DNA of 64,000 nucleotides from an uncultured Geobacter sp. (GCA_964431365.1 CAYSJJ010000001.1:33214-97213), one strand, 5' to 3'. Positions 39,620-50,381 are shown, counted from the first letter of the stretch. The notes: a model not told the origin generated them from the letters alone. Numbers and translations are program-made.

Positions 39620-42088
39620 CTACTCTCCGTCATACGACGTCGGCTCAGTCCCCGATACAAAGCACTCCATGACGCTCCCCTCGCTTCCTTCCTTTGCCAG
39701 CTTGCCCGTACGGGGGTTGATGCGAGCGTAGGTGATGTCCCGGGGAGGGGTGAAGTTCATCGGGGCGAGACCGGTTACGGCCCGCTGCATGAATTCGGTC
39801 CAGATCGGGGCTGCGGCGTGACCGCCGGAGCCGCTGGCGCCCAGCGAGCGCTCCTGGTCGTAGCCGACCCAGACCCCGGCCACCAGTTGGGGGATGAAGC
39901 CGACGAACCAGGCATCCTTCATGTCGTTGGTGGTGCCGGTCTTGCCGGCCACCGGTCTCCCCAGCGCCTTGGCCCGCTGGCCGGTGCCGCTGGAGACGAC
40001 GCTCTCCATCAGGTTGGTCATGATGTAGGCCACTTCGGGCGAGGTGGCCGGCACCGGCGCAAGCGGGGAAGCCGCCGGTGCTGCAGGCGGCGCAGGGGGC
40101 TGCTGGCCCGGCAGCACCGGCTGGGTCAGGGTGATCGGCTCCTCGTCGTCCACCTTGGCGGAGCTGGTCTGGGTGAAGACCGGGAGCGTCGGCGTCGGGG
40201 TCTCTTCCAGCACCCGTCCGTCACGGTCGGTCACCTTGGTGACGAAATAGGGGGTGAGGCGATACCCCCCTGAGGCGTAGACCGCATAGGCGTTGGTCAG
40301 TTCCAGCGGGGTGAGGCTGGAGGAGCCGAGCGCCAGGGTCAGGTTGGCCTCCAGCGGCGAGGTGATCCCCAGTTTCTTGGCAAACTCGATGGCCGAGGCG
40401 ACGCCGATCTGCTCCAGGATCTTGACGCTCACCACGTTGATGGAGTTGGTCAGCGCCTCACGCATGGTGACGTTGCCGCGGTAGATATTGTCGTAGTTCT
40501 TCGGCTTCCAGGCCTTCTCCTTGCCGCTCTCGTACTCCACGGGCGAGTCGTCGATGATGGCGGCGGCGGTCATCCCTTTTTCCAGGGCCGCCCCGTAGAT
40601 GATCGGCTTGAAGGCGGAGCCGGGGTTGCGCCGCGCCTGCACGGCCCGGTTGAACTGGCTCTTCCTGAAGTCGTACCCTCCCACCAGCGCCCTGACCCCG
40701 CCGGTGCGGGGATCGATGGCCACCAGGGCGGCCTGGGCCTCGGGCTCCTGATCCAGGGCCAGGATGGCGCCGGTCTTGTTGACGTCCGGCGTGACCACCG
40801 AGACGTTGATGACGCTCCCCAGCGACAGCGCCTTCCCCTTGGCGGCCGGCTTGCCATAGGAGTTGATCAGCTCCACCTTGCCGGCCCAGGTCATGTTCTT
40901 CCGATGGAGCGTGCCGGTCCGGTCGCCGACCCGGACGGTCACGTCACCGGTGGCCGGGTTCACCGCGGTGACCACCCCCTGGAACGTCGCTCCCTGTTTC
41001 AGGGAGACCGAGTCGATCCCCTCCTCGACCTTCCGGCAGAACGGCTCCACCTCAGCGTCGTCCAGGTAGCGGAGCGGTCCGCGGAACCCCTGGCGCTTGT
41101 CCAGGGCCTTGAGGCCGTTCACCACCGCGTCGTAGGCACCCTTCTGCATCTCGGCGTTCATGGTGGTGTAGATCTTGAGGCCGTCCTTGTAGAGCCGCTC
41201 CTCGCCGTACCGCTCCAGCAGCTGGATCCGGATCTGCTCCAGGTAGTAGGCCGACTGGTCGTTGTTCACCTTCTTCATCGACTGGATCACGATGGGGGTG
41301 GTCTTGGCGTAGTCGGCCTCGGCCTGGGTGATGTACCCCTCCTTCACCATCCGCTCCAGGACATAGGCCTGACGCTCCTTGGCCCGCTCCATGTGCTTGA
41401 TGGGGGAGTAGCTGTTGGGGGCCTTGGGGAGGCCGGCCATCATGGCCATCTCGGCCAGGGTCAGCTGTTCGACGTTCTTGCCGAAGTAGGTCTCGGCCGC
41501 CAGTTGGACCCCGTAGGAACCGGCCCCCAGGTAGATCTGGTTCAGGTAGATGTAGAGGATCTCGTCCTTGCTGAGCTTCTTCTCCATCCGGGTGGCGAGG
41601 ATCGCCTCCTTGATCTTACGGGAAAATTTCTTTTCCGGTGTCAGGAGCATGGACTTGGCCACCTGCTGGGTGATGGTGGAGGCCCCCTCCTTCTTCCGCA
41701 TGGAGATCAGGTTCTTGAAAGCGGCCCGGACGATCCCCAGGTAGTCGATCCCCTTGTGCTTGTAAAAGTTGGCATCCTCGGCGGCGACAAAGGCCTGGAT
41801 CAGGCGGCGGGGGATCTTGTCCACCTCCACCACCTTTCGGCGCTCCAGATAGAACTCGCCCACCAGGCTGCCGTCCTCCCCGAACACCTGGGAGACGATG
41901 GGGGGGCGGTAGTCCGCCAGGCGGTCGACCTTCGGGAGTGTGGCGAAGATGAAGGCGGTATAGCCGAAGCCGGCCATCAGGACGATGACGATGGCGATGG
42001 CGATCGCAATGGCGACGTTCCGCATGGTGTTTCCACGCTGGCGGCGATTGTGGGGCTGCTGGGGGCGTTGACCTTGATAAACGGGCAT
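39620..42088 (-). CDS. mrcA: Penicillin-binding protein 1A (start at 42088 or 42025)
   Basis: Transglycosylase motifs EDANF and GASTITQQ; transpeptidase motifs GSAFKP, SIN and KTGT. Confidence 0.95.
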   Translation of the reverse strand: MPVYQGQRPQQPHNRRQRGNTMRNVAIAIAIAIVIVLMAGFGYTAFIFATLPKVDRLADYRPPIVSQVFGEDGSLVGEFYLERRKVVEVDKIPRRLIQAFVAAEDANFYKHKGIDYLGIVRAAFKNLISMRKKEGASTITQQVAKSMLLTPEKKFSRKIKEAILATRMEKKLSKDEILYIYLNQIYLGAGSYGVQLAAETYFGKNVEQLTLAEMAMMAGLPKAPNSYSPIKHMERAKERQAYVLERMVKEGYITQAEADYAKTTPIVIQSMKKVNNDQSAYYLEQIRIQLLERYGEERLYKDGLKIYTTMNAEMQKGAYDAVVNGLKALDKRQGFRGPLRYLDDAEVEPFCRKVEEGIDSVSLKQGATFQGVVTAVNPATGDVTVRVGDRTGTLHRKNMTWAGKVELINSYGKPAAKGKALSLGSVINVSVVTPDVNKTGAILALDQEPEAQAALVAIDPRTGGVRALVGGYDFRKSQFNRAVQARRNPGSAFKPIIYGAALEKGMTAAAIIDDSPVEYESGKEKAWKPKNYDNIYRGNVTMREALTNSINVVSVKILEQIGVASAIEFAKKLGITSPLEANLTLALGSSSLTPLELTNAYAVYASGGYRLTPYFVTKVTDRDGRVLEETPTPTLPVFTQTSSAKVDDEEPITLTQPVLPGQQPPAPPAAPAASPLAPVPATSPEVAYIMTNLMESVVSSGTGQRAKALGRPVAGKTGTTNDMKDAWFVGFIPQLVAGVWVGYDQERSLGASGSGGHAAAPIWTEFMQRAVTGLAPMNFTPPRDITYARINPRTGKLAKEGSEGSVMECFVSGTEPTSYDGE

Positions 42089-42376
42089 GGTATGCGGCGC
42101 TCCTGCTGCTGAGGTTCCGAATATGTTCGGCAGCTGAAGGTGTCACCGTCTCTACGGACCCCGTTCGACTGCCGTTTGCCGGATAAAGCGCCTCATTATG
42201 GCAGATTGCCTCATGAATTCAAGCACAATAAAGTGGGCCAGGGAGGCGCGACGGTTGCGAAATCGGTCGTAAATAGGGTACTCTGTCCGGCGGCGGAAGA
42301 TCCGAAAAAGAGAGGAAAAGGATTGCTGCCAACGACAGCAGGTGATAGAAGTGAGAACGTGCGAAGAGACGCCCCG

Positions 42377-43771
42377 ATGAGCTGCCGCGATCTGCGGGAT
42401 CTGCTGCTTCGGGCCGAGGCCCTGGGTGAACTGCAGCGCGTCGCGGCCGAGGTCGACCCCGGCCTGGAGATCGCCGCCATTACCGGCCGGACGGCCCAAC
42501 TGCCGGGGGGCGGTCCGGCGCTCTTTTTTGAGCGGGTCCGCGGCCACGACGTCCCGGTGGTAACCAATCTGTTCGGCTCGTCGCGCCGCATGGCAGCTGC
42601 CCTGGGGATCGAGCGCCTCGATGAGCTCTCCGGGTGGATGGGAACTCTACTGGCTGAACTCCCCGGCAGCACGGTCGCGGAGAAGCTGGCCGCCCTCTCC
42701 GTGAGCGAGCAGTGGCGGATGGCCACCCCGATCATGTCACGGGAGGCGGCGTGCCTTGAGGTGGCCGGACCGGCCGACCTGACCCGCCTGCCGTTTTTGA
42801 AGAACTGGCCCGGGGACGGGACCCCCGACCACGCCGGCCGTTTCATAACCCTGCCGCTGGTAATCACGCGTCATCCGGAAGACAGCACCCTGAACTGCGG
42901 CATGTACCGGGCCGCGATCCTCGGCCCCGATTCCCTGGCCGTCCACTGGGGCGCGGAGAGCGGGGCTGCAGCGCATGCACGGGCCTGCGCCGCCAGGGGG
43001 GAGCGGATGCCGGTGGCCATCGCTGTTGGCGGCGACCCTGCTGTCACCTTTGCCGCCACGCTGCCGCTTCCTCTCGAAGAGTTCACCCTGGCCGGACTGC
43101 TGCGGGGGGCGCCGGTGACCCTGGCCGACAGCGGGCACGCCGGCCTGCCGGTCCCGGCCGGTGCCGAGCTGGTGCTCCACGGCTTCTGGGAGCCGGGGGC
43201 GGTTGTTTCCGGGGGGGCATTCGGCAATCATACCGGCTACTATACCCCTGCTACACCGGCGCCCCGCATCCGGCTCACCGGGATGACCCGGCGTTGCGCC
43301 CCGATCGTCCCCGCCACCCTGGTCGGCCCTCCCCCCCAGGAGGACTGCTGGTTGGGCCGGGGGTGGGAGCGACTCATGGAGCCGCTCCTGCGGGTGGAGC
43401 TGCCGGAGGTCGTTGCCATGCACCAGCCCTTTAGCGGCATCTTCCACGGCGCCGCCGTGGTGGCGGTGACGGTGGAGGGGCCGGGCCGGTGCCAAGACAT
43501 TCTCCAGCGCCTCTGGGCCACCCCCTGGCTGGGGAGGGCGCGCGTCCTCGTGCTCGTGGACGCTGAACAGGAGCCGGCGGAGATGGACAGGGTCCTCTGG
43601 CGGCTGGTGAACAACGTCCACTGGCAGCAGGACCTGGTCGTTGACGGGGAGCGGCTCGGCATCGACGCGACCCGCTATTCCCGCCGGTCCGCCGGACGGG
43701 AGCCGCTCGTGATGTCGGAAGAGATTTCCCGGCTGGTGGAGAGCCGCTGGCGGGAGTATGGATTCGATTGA
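42377..43771 (+). CDS. UbiD family decarboxylase-like protein (MqnL-like, divergent active site)
   Basis: GPALFFE, NLFGS, NCGMYR, FGNHTGYY and GIDAT; lies in the menaquinone cluster. Confidence 0.85.
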   Translation: MSCRDLRDLLLRAEALGELQRVAAEVDPGLEIAAITGRTAQLPGGGPALFFERVRGHDVPVVTNLFGSSRRMAAALGIERLDELSGWMGTLLAELPGSTVAEKLAALSVSEQWRMATPIMSREAACLEVAGPADLTRLPFLKNWPGDGTPDHAGRFITLPLVITRHPEDSTLNCGMYRAAILGPDSLAVHWGAESGAAAHARACAARGERMPVAIAVGGDPAVTFAATLPLPLEEFTLAGLLRGAPVTLADSGHAGLPVPAGAELVLHGFWEPGAVVSGGAFGNHTGYYTPATPAPRIRLTGMTRRCAPIVPATLVGPPPQEDCWLGRGWERLMEPLLRVELPEVVAMHQPFSGIFHGAAVVAVTVEGPGRCQDILQRLWATPWLGRARVLVLVDAEQEPAEMDRVLWRLVNNVHWQQDLVVDGERLGIDATRYSRRSAGREPLVMSEEISRLVESRWREYGFD

Positions 43772-43786
43772 TGGCGTCGAAGGAGC

Positions 43787-43889
43787 CGTGAGGCACGGGA
43801 GGCCGTCTCCGCTCCGACTTCCGCGATTTTGCCTCGGAGGTGCGCCTCCTCGGACTGCTTACGCGGCGCGCTGCCAACCGGCCTTCACG
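43787..43889. repeat. Degenerate relative of family B
   Basis: CGTGA...TCACG ends; shares CTCCGCTCCGACT and a GAGG/CCTC hairpin with the arm starting at 17655. Confidence 0.5.
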
Positions 43890-43926
43890 AATTTATCTGT
43901 ATAGGGCAACAAGCATAGGTACGAAT

Positions 43927-44799
43927 ATGGCGACACTCTCCCGCATAGCGGTCTTTCTGGAGATGATAAAGTTCTCCCACACGATCTTCGCGCTCCCCTT
44001 TGCCCTGACCGGCGCGCTCTTGGCGGCGCGTGGCCTCCCCTCCTGGCAGCAGTGCTTCTGGATCGTCATGGCCATGGTCGGGGCGCGGACCGCCGCCATG
44101 GGGCTCAACCGGGTGATCGACGCTGAGATCGACGCCGCGAATCCCCGCACCAAAGGTCGGGCCATCCCGGCCGGGCTGATCGGCAAGGGGACCGTGGTCC
44201 TCTTCATCGCCATCTCCGTCCTCCTCATGCTCTACGCGGCGGCCCGGCTCAACCCCCTCTGCCTGAAGCTGGCGCCGGTGGCCCTCTTCTTCCTGCTCCT
44301 CTACTCCTACTGCAAGCGGTTCACCGCCATGGCCCACGTGGTGCTCGGTCTCTGCCTGGGGGCGGCCCCGGTGGGGGCCTGGATCGCCGTCAGGGGGACG
44401 GTGGACCTGGCCGCCGTGGTCCTGGGGCTGGCGGTCCTCTTCTGGGTGGCGGGCTTCGATATCCTCTATGCACTGCAGGACCTGGAGTTCGACCGGGAGC
44501 GGGGGCTCCACTCCATTCCGGTCCGGCTCGGGGTGAACGGCTCGCTCTGGACGGCCCGCCTCTTTTCCCTGGTCATGGTGGCTCTGCTGGCGGCGCTCTA
44601 CACCCTGTTGCCGGTGGGTGGCTTCTTCCTGGCCGGGATCGTGGCGGCCACGCTCCTTCTCTGCTACGAGCACTGGCTCCTCCGAAGCGGCGACCTCTCC
44701 CGGCTGGACATGGCGTTTTTCACCATGAACGGCTACATCAGCATCATCATCTTCGTTGCCACCCTGGCGGACGTCCTGGCGGGAAAGGGGGGGGCATGA
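43927..44799 (+). CDS. mqnP: UbiA-like polyprenyltransferase (MqnP)
   Basis: MIKFSHTIFALPFA, NRVIDAEID.NPRT.GRAIP, YSYCKRF and DILYALQD. Confidence 0.9.
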   Translation: MATLSRIAVFLEMIKFSHTIFALPFALTGALLAARGLPSWQQCFWIVMAMVGARTAAMGLNRVIDAEIDAANPRTKGRAIPAGLIGKGTVVLFIAISVLLMLYAAARLNPLCLKLAPVALFFLLLYSYCKRFTAMAHVVLGLCLGAAPVGAWIAVRGTVDLAAVVLGLAVLFWVAGFDILYALQDLEFDRERGLHSIPVRLGVNGSLWTARLFSLVMVALLAALYTLLPVGGFFLAGIVAATLLLCYEHWLLRSGDLSRLDMAFFTMNGYISIIIFVATLADVLAGKGGA

Positions 44800-45410
44800 C
44801 GACGCGGCACGTTGTCCTGGCCATCACCGGCGCATCGGGCGCCCTGTATGGCCTGCGGCTCACGGCAGAGCTGCTCCGCTCAGGCAGACGGGTGAGCCTC
44901 CTGATCAGCCGCTGCGGCTTCGCGGTGCTCCGGGAAGAGTGCGGTCTCGACTGGGAAGGGAGACCGGACGAGGTGACGGCCAGGGTGCAGGGATATTTCG
45001 GCGCCGGGGGCGAGGCCCTCGCCTACTACGCCGAGGACGATTTCTTTGCCCCGGTCGCCAGCGGTTCCAGCGCGCCGGACGCCATGGTGGTCGCCCCCTG
45101 CTCCATGGGGAGCCTGGCCCGGATAGCGGCCGGGCTTTCCGGCACGCTCATGGAGCGGGCCGCCGACTGCATGCTCAAGGAGGGGCGCCCGCTGCTGCTG
45201 GTCCCCCGGGAGACCCCCCTCTCCGCCATCCACCTGGAGAACATGCTGAAGCTCGCCCGCCTCGGGGTGAGGATCGTGCCGGCAATGCCCGGCTTCTACG
45301 GCCAGCCGGAGACGGTGGCCGACCTGGTCGATTTCGTGGTGGGGAAGGTGCTGGATCAGTTGGGTGTCTCCCATGGGTTGTATCGACGCTGGGGGAGCCC
45401 GGAAGAGTAA
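44796..45410 (+). CDS. ubiX: Flavin prenyltransferase UbiX
   Basis: AITGASG, ASGS, PCSMG, RAAD, PRETP and PGFY. Confidence 0.96.
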   Translation: MTTRHVVLAITGASGALYGLRLTAELLRSGRRVSLLISRCGFAVLREECGLDWEGRPDEVTARVQGYFGAGGEALAYYAEDDFFAPVASGSSAPDAMVVAPCSMGSLARIAAGLSGTLMERAADCMLKEGRPLLLVPRETPLSAIHLENMLKLARLGVRIVPAMPGFYGQPETVADLVDFVVGKVLDQLGVSHGLYRRWGSPEE

Positions 45411-45470
45411 GCACGGCCATTTTTCCAGAGAAAAACACGGATGTGTATCCGTGGCAAGAGCGAGCGGTTC

Positions 45471-46553
45471 ATGACAACAGTATCTGCAATCAGTGACAAG
45501 GTCCACGCCGGCGAACGGCTGACCGACGACGAGGCCCTCTTCCTGTTCGACTGCCCGGACCTGCTGGCGGTCGGGGAGCTGGCGGCCCTGGTGAACCGGC
45601 GGAAGAACGGCGACCGGGTCTTCTTCAACGTCAACCGGCACATCAATCACACCAACATCTGCGTGAACCGCTGCAAGTTCTGCGCGTTCTCTCGGACTGC
45701 CGACGAGCCGGGTGCCTACTGCTACGACCTGGACGAGATCGGGCGCCGGGCGGAAGAGGCCCTGGCCCAGGGTGCCACCGAGATCCACATCGTCGGCGGG
45801 CTCCATCCCGACCTTCCGTTCGAGTTCTACCTCGACATGCTCCGGACGGTGCGGGAGGTGTCGCCTACGCTGCACATCAAGGCCTTCACCGCCGTGGAGA
45901 TCGACTACCTGGCCAACCTCGCCAGGCTCTCGGTGCCGGAGACCCTGACGGCCCTGAAAGGGGCCGGCCTCGGCTCGCTCCCTGGCGGCGGGGCCGAGAT
46001 CCTGGCGAAAGAGGTGCGGGACCGGCTCTGCCCCGAGAAGATCAGCGGCGAGCGGTGGCTGTCGATCATGGCGGAGGTCCACCGGGCCGGCCTGAAGTCC
46101 AACGCCACCATGCTCTACGGCCACGTGGAGAGTATGGCCGACCGGGTCGATCACATGCGGCGGCTCCGGGAGCTGCAGGACGAGACCGGTGGGTTCCAGG
46201 TCTTCATCCCGCTCGCCTTCCAGAGCGAGAACAACCCGCTGGGGCACCTGAAAAACCCTGCCAGCGGCGGGGTGGACGACCTGAAGACCCTGGCCGTGGC
46301 CCGGCTCTACCTGGATAACTTCGCCAATATCAAGGCCTACTGGGTGATGCTGGGGGAGAAGATCGCCCAGGTGTCGCTGGCCTTCGGGGTCAACGACCTG
46401 GACGGCACCGTAGTGGAGGAGAAGATCGGCCACGACGCCGGTGCGGCCTCCCCCCAGGCCATGACCCGCGACGGGATCGTTGCCATGATCCGGAAGGCCG
46501 GGAGGACACCGGTCGAGCGGGATACGCTGTACAATGAGTTGCGGGTATACTAG
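45471..46553 (+). CDS. mqnE: Aminofutalosine synthase MqnE (radical SAM)
   Basis: NRHINHTNICVNRCKFCAF, EIHIVGG, KAFTAVE, IKAYW and EEKI.H.AGA. Confidence 0.9.
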   Translation: MTTVSAISDKVHAGERLTDDEALFLFDCPDLLAVGELAALVNRRKNGDRVFFNVNRHINHTNICVNRCKFCAFSRTADEPGAYCYDLDEIGRRAEEALAQGATEIHIVGGLHPDLPFEFYLDMLRTVREVSPTLHIKAFTAVEIDYLANLARLSVPETLTALKGAGLGSLPGGGAEILAKEVRDRLCPEKISGERWLSIMAEVHRAGLKSNATMLYGHVESMADRVDHMRRLRELQDETGGFQVFIPLAFQSENNPLGHLKNPASGGVDDLKTLAVARLYLDNFANIKAYWVMLGEKIAQVSLAFGVNDLDGTVVEEKIGHDAGAASPQAMTRDGIVAMIRKAGRTPVERDTLYNELRVY

Positions 46554-46555
46554 TC

Positions 46556-46675
46556 GGTTGCTGAAAAACAGCCATCTCGCCGCCGTCCTCGCAAGCTCCT
46601 CAGTGCGGCGTAGCGCTGCTACGCCACACTCGAAGCTTTCTGCGGGTGCGACGATCTGACTATTTTTGAGCAACC
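46556..46675 (+). repeat. Family A repeat, copy 5
   Basis: Begins 2 bp after the mqnE TAG; same ends and central hairpin. Confidence 0.95.
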
Positions 46676-46700
46676 TCAAAAACCCGTTTAGGACTTAACC

Positions 46701-47330
46701 ATGACTATGACCACTCTGTTTCTCTTCCTCGGCGCCTCCATGGCCCTGACCGTGGCGCCGGGGCCGGACAATATCTTTGTCGTGACCCAGGGGCTCAGCC
46801 GGGGCAGAAGGGCCGCCATCGTCACCGCCTGGGGGATGTGCAGCGGGGTCACGGTGCATACCCTGGCGGCCGCTGCCGGGATTTCGGCGCTCTTCTACTC
46901 CTCCGCCATCGCCTTTCAGGTGGTGAAGTACGCCGGCGCCGCCTATCTTCTCTACCTGGCCTGGCAGGCCCTGCGCGAGGGGGGACCGCTGGCGCTCCCC
47001 GCTGGTGGTGCGGTCGGCGGACCGTCGGTCGGGGCGCTCTTTCGGCGCGGCTTTGTCATGAACGTCCTGAACCCGAAGGTGGCGCTCTTCTTCCTCGCCT
47101 TCCTTCCCCAGTTCACGAGCCGCAACGCCGGCAGTATCCCGCTGCAGATGGTGACGCTGGGCCTCCTCTTCATGGCCCAGGCCCTGGTCATCTTCACCCT
47201 GATCGGCTTTTTCTCCGGCAGCGTCGGCGGCTGGATCGCCCGACGGCCCCGGGCTGGCCGGCTGTTCGCCTGGCTCGCCGCCGCTATCTTCGCGATGCTC
47301 GGCGTCCGTCTCGCGCTGGCTGAAAGATGA
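46701..47330 (+). CDS. LysE/RhtB family translocator
   Basis: APGPDN, KYAGAAYLLYLA and NVLNPKVALFFLAFLPQF. Confidence 0.93.
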   Translation: MTMTTLFLFLGASMALTVAPGPDNIFVVTQGLSRGRRAAIVTAWGMCSGVTVHTLAAAAGISALFYSSAIAFQVVKYAGAAYLLYLAWQALREGGPLALPAGGAVGGPSVGALFRRGFVMNVLNPKVALFFLAFLPQFTSRNAGSIPLQMVTLGLLFMAQALVIFTLIGFFSGSVGGWIARRPRAGRLFAWLAAAIFAMLGVRLALAER

Positions 47331-48406
47331 CGACCATGAGCTCTATCGAAACCATTGTCCGCACCGTTGAAGAGGGAGCAGCCATCACCCGCTCCGAGGC
47401 GCTCAGGCTCCTGACCGATGCCGACCTGCTGGTCGTGGGGAAGCTGGCGGACGGCATCCGCAGGCGGCTCCACCCGGACAACCTGGTCACCTTCGTGGTG
47501 GACCGGAATGTGAACTACACCAACGTCTGCGAGTCCAAATGCAAGTTCTGCGCATTCTACCGGGACGAGGGGGCGCAGGACGCCTATCTCCTGGCCGAGG
47601 AGGAGATCTTCGCGAAAATCCGGGAACTGGTGGAGTCGGGGGGGACCCAGCTCCTGATGCAGGGTGGGCTCCACCCTAGCCTTGGTATCGACTGGTTCGA
47701 GCGGCTCTTCCGGGAGATCAAGGCCCGTTTCCCCGCCGTGCAGAACCACTCCCTGTCGCCGGCCGAGATCACCCAGATCGCCCGGGTATCGAAGCTCTCC
47801 ATTCCCGAGGCCATCGCCCGTTTGAAGGGGGCCGGTCTGGACTCGGTGCCGGGGGGCGGGGCCGAGATCCTGGTGGACAGGGTACGGGCTGAGATATCCC
47901 CCAAGAAGATCGGCTGGGAGGGGTGGGCCGCGGTGATGCGGGAGGCTGCCCGCCAGGGGCTCCCCACCACGGCGACCATGATGTTCGGCAGTACCGAGAC
48001 GCCGGAGGAGGTGGTGGAGCACATCTTCCGGGTGCGGGAGCTGCAGGCCGAGGGGGGGAGTTTCACCGCCTTCATCCCCTGGACCTATCAGCCGGGGAAC
48101 ACGGAGCTGGGGGGGACGACCGCCACCGGCGTGGAGTACCTGAAGGTGCTGGCCCTCTCCCGGATCGTGCTGGACAATGTTCCCAACATCCAGGCCAGCT
48201 GGGTGACCCAGGGGGCGAAGCTCGCCCAGGTGGCGCTCTTCTTCGGCGCCAACGACCTGGGGGGGACCATGCTGGAGGAGAACGTGGTGGCCGCCGCCGG
48301 CTGCCGGTTCCGGATGAGCGGGGACGAGATGGTCAACCTGATCCGGAGCGCCGGGTTCCGGGCAGCGCAGCGGACCACGCAGTACGAGATCGTGAAGGAA
48401 TTTTGA
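47327..48406 (+). CDS. mqnC: Cyclic dehypoxanthinyl futalosine synthase MqnC
   Basis: VDRNVNYTNVCESKCKFCAFYR, LMQGG, TATMMFG, IQASWVTQG and EENVV.AAG. Confidence 0.93.
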   Translation: MTTMSSIETIVRTVEEGAAITRSEALRLLTDADLLVVGKLADGIRRRLHPDNLVTFVVDRNVNYTNVCESKCKFCAFYRDEGAQDAYLLAEEEIFAKIRELVESGGTQLLMQGGLHPSLGIDWFERLFREIKARFPAVQNHSLSPAEITQIARVSKLSIPEAIARLKGAGLDSVPGGGAEILVDRVRAEISPKKIGWEGWAAVMREAARQGLPTTATMMFGSTETPEEVVEHIFRVRELQAEGGSFTAFIPWTYQPGNTELGGTTATGVEYLKVLALSRIVLDNVPNIQASWVTQGAKLAQVALFFGANDLGGTMLEENVVAAAGCRFRMSGDEMVNLIRSAGFRAAQRTTQYEIVKEF

Positions 48407-48423
48407 AACCGGTGAAAGCATTT

Positions 48424-48553
48424 ACCGCAGAGTACGCAGAGTAACGCAGTATAAATCAGGCGGTTAAGGTTCATGAGCGTTTCACCATTTGGAGACAAGA
48501 GATTCTTCTCTGTCCAATTTGGTTTCTCTGCGAACCTCTGCGTTCTCTGCGGT
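48424..48553. repeat. CGCAGAG/CTCTGCG inverted-repeat element
   Basis: ACCGCAGAGTACGCAGAGTAACGCAG ... CTCTGCGAACCTCTGCGTTCTCTGCGGT. Confidence 0.8.
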
Positions 48554-48604
48554 TCAACTGCCGTTTATAGGTTTGAAGGTTATGCACCTAAGAAGGGAAC
48601 GATT

Positions 48605-49738
48605 TTGACACCGATTACCATGATTACCACCACCGCCGCCCTGGAGCAGGCGGTGTCCCGCATGGCCGGCGAAACGCTTTTGGCCTGCGACCTGGAAGCC
48701 GATTCCATGCACCACTACCGGGAAAAGGTCTGTCTGCTGCAGGTCTCCACCTCCACCGAGACGATGGTGATCGACCCGCTGGCCGGGCTCGACCTCTCCC
48801 CGCTGGCGCCGCTCCTCGCCGATCCGGCCATCCGCAAGGTGTTTCACGGGGCCGACTATGACGTCCGGATGCTCTACCGGGACTTCGGGATGACGATCAG
48901 CAACCTGTTCGACACCATGATCGCCTGCCAGTTTCTCGGCGAGCCCGAGGTGGGGCTGGCTGCCATGCTGCGGAAGCGGTTCGGCGTGGAGCTGGACAAG
49001 AAATACCAGCAGGCTGACTGGACCAGGCGGCCGCTCCCTCCGGAGATGATCGACTACGCGGCAAAGGATACCACCCTGTTACACGAACTGAGCCGGCAGC
49101 TGGAGGGAGAACTGCAGGCCAAGGGGCGGCTGGCGTGGGTGCAGGAGGAGTGCGACCTGTTGACCCAGGTGCGGATGACCGAACGGGGGGACGAGCCGCT
49201 GTTTCTCCGCTTCAAGGGGGCTGCCCGCATGACCCCGCCGACGCTGGCGGTGCTGGAGGAGCTTCTCCGTTTTCGCGAGCAGGAGGCCGAGCGGCGGGAT
49301 GTCCCCCCCTTCAAGGTGTTGGGGACCGAGACGATTCGGGATCTGGCCGAACGGAAGCCCGCCATGGCTGGCGACCTGGCAGGGATCAGCGGCCTGTCGC
49401 CACGGCTCGTTGAGCGTTACGGAAAGCAGATTCTGGCGGTCGTTGCCAAAGGGATGAAGGTGCCGGCGGCGCGGCAGCCCCGTTACCCACGGGAGCGTCG
49501 CCCGGAGCGGAGCAGGGCGCAGGAACAGCGCCTCAAGGCACTGAAGAGCTGGCGCGAGACAAGGGCAGGAGTGCTTGGCGTGGCTGGCGGTGTGCTGGTG
49601 AACAACCGGACGCTGGAGGTCCTTGCCGACCTGGGACCCGGATCCCGAGAGGATCTGGCGGCCGCACCGGGACTGAAGGGGTGGCAGGCTGAGGCGTTGG
49701 GCGAAGAGTTGCTGGAGGTCTGTCTGACGGTCAAGTAA
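48605..49738 (+). CDS. rnd: Ribonuclease D (3'-5' exonuclease plus HRDC domains)
   Basis: CDLEAD, KVFHGADYD, LFDT, ADW..RPL and YAAKD; start TTG 48605 or ATG 48620. Confidence 0.9.
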   Translation: MTPITMITTTAALEQAVSRMAGETLLACDLEADSMHHYREKVCLLQVSTSTETMVIDPLAGLDLSPLAPLLADPAIRKVFHGADYDVRMLYRDFGMTISNLFDTMIACQFLGEPEVGLAAMLRKRFGVELDKKYQQADWTRRPLPPEMIDYAAKDTTLLHELSRQLEGELQAKGRLAWVQEECDLLTQVRMTERGDEPLFLRFKGAARMTPPTLAVLEELLRFREQEAERRDVPPFKVLGTETIRDLAERKPAMAGDLAGISGLSPRLVERYGKQILAVVAKGMKVPAARQPRYPRERRPERSRAQEQRLKALKSWRETRAGVLGVAGGVLVNNRTLEVLADLGPGSREDLAAAPGLKGWQAEALGEELLEVCLTVK

Positions 49739-49745
49739 CGGATGG

Positions 49746-49784
49746 ATCCGTGAGCCCTGGAACCACGGTGCAGGACTCACGGAT
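49746..49784. repeat. Short hairpin with family B termini
   Basis: ATCCGTGAGCCCTG-11 nt-CAGGACTCACGGAT between convergent genes. Confidence 0.7.
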
Positions 49785-49789
49785 TCAGG

Positions 49790-50326
49790 CTATTTCTTTC
49801 CGGCAGGTTCGTCCTTGAAGAGATCGGCCAGTTCGGGCGAATTGAAAAAATCGTCGTCCGTCTTCTTCTCAGCCGGTTTTGCCCCTTCCTTGCCGAACAT
49901 ATCGGCAAACGAATCATCTTTCGCCGCAGCCGGCTCGGTGTCGAAGCCCCCGAATTCCTGCCCCGAGAAGGCGTCGCTAGGCTCACTCTCCCCCCAATGG
50001 GGGGTGGTATCGCTGCCGGGTTCCTCGAACGATATCTCTCCGAAGGTGGACTCTTCCGGTGGCGCAGCCGGCGCGACCGGAGCGGTATCGAACTCGAATT
50101 CGTCGCCCGTCGAAGCGATTGGCGCCGCCACTGCCGGGGCGATGATCGATTCCTGCTCCATATCCATCTCGCTCCGGTTGCCGGCCTGCTGACCGGTAAA
50201 GACTCCCGGCGGCATGACCACCGGCTGGATGCCCAGGGACATCTTGAAGGCGGCCAGATCGTTTCCGCATTTCTTGCAGCTGTCCAGGTATTCGAAACTG
50301 TTGAAACCGCACTTGGGACACTTCAT
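49790..50326 (-). CDS. Zinc-ribbon protein with an acidic disordered tail
   Basis: MKCPKCGFNSFEYLDSCKKCG; Asp/Glu/Phe-rich C-terminus; AAGGAG RBS. Confidence 0.85.
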   Translation of the reverse strand: MKCPKCGFNSFEYLDSCKKCGNDLAAFKMSLGIQPVVMPPGVFTGQQAGNRSEMDMEQESIIAPAVAAPIASTGDEFEFDTAPVAPAAPPEESTFGEISFEEPGSDTTPHWGESEPSDAFSGQEFGGFDTEPAAAKDDSFADMFGKEGAKPAEKKTDDDFFNSPELADLFKDEPAGKK

Positions 50327-50381
50327 TGGCGATGCTCCTTTCGCGCTGACCGACTCAGATTCGCTCCCCGCTCCGTTTCAT

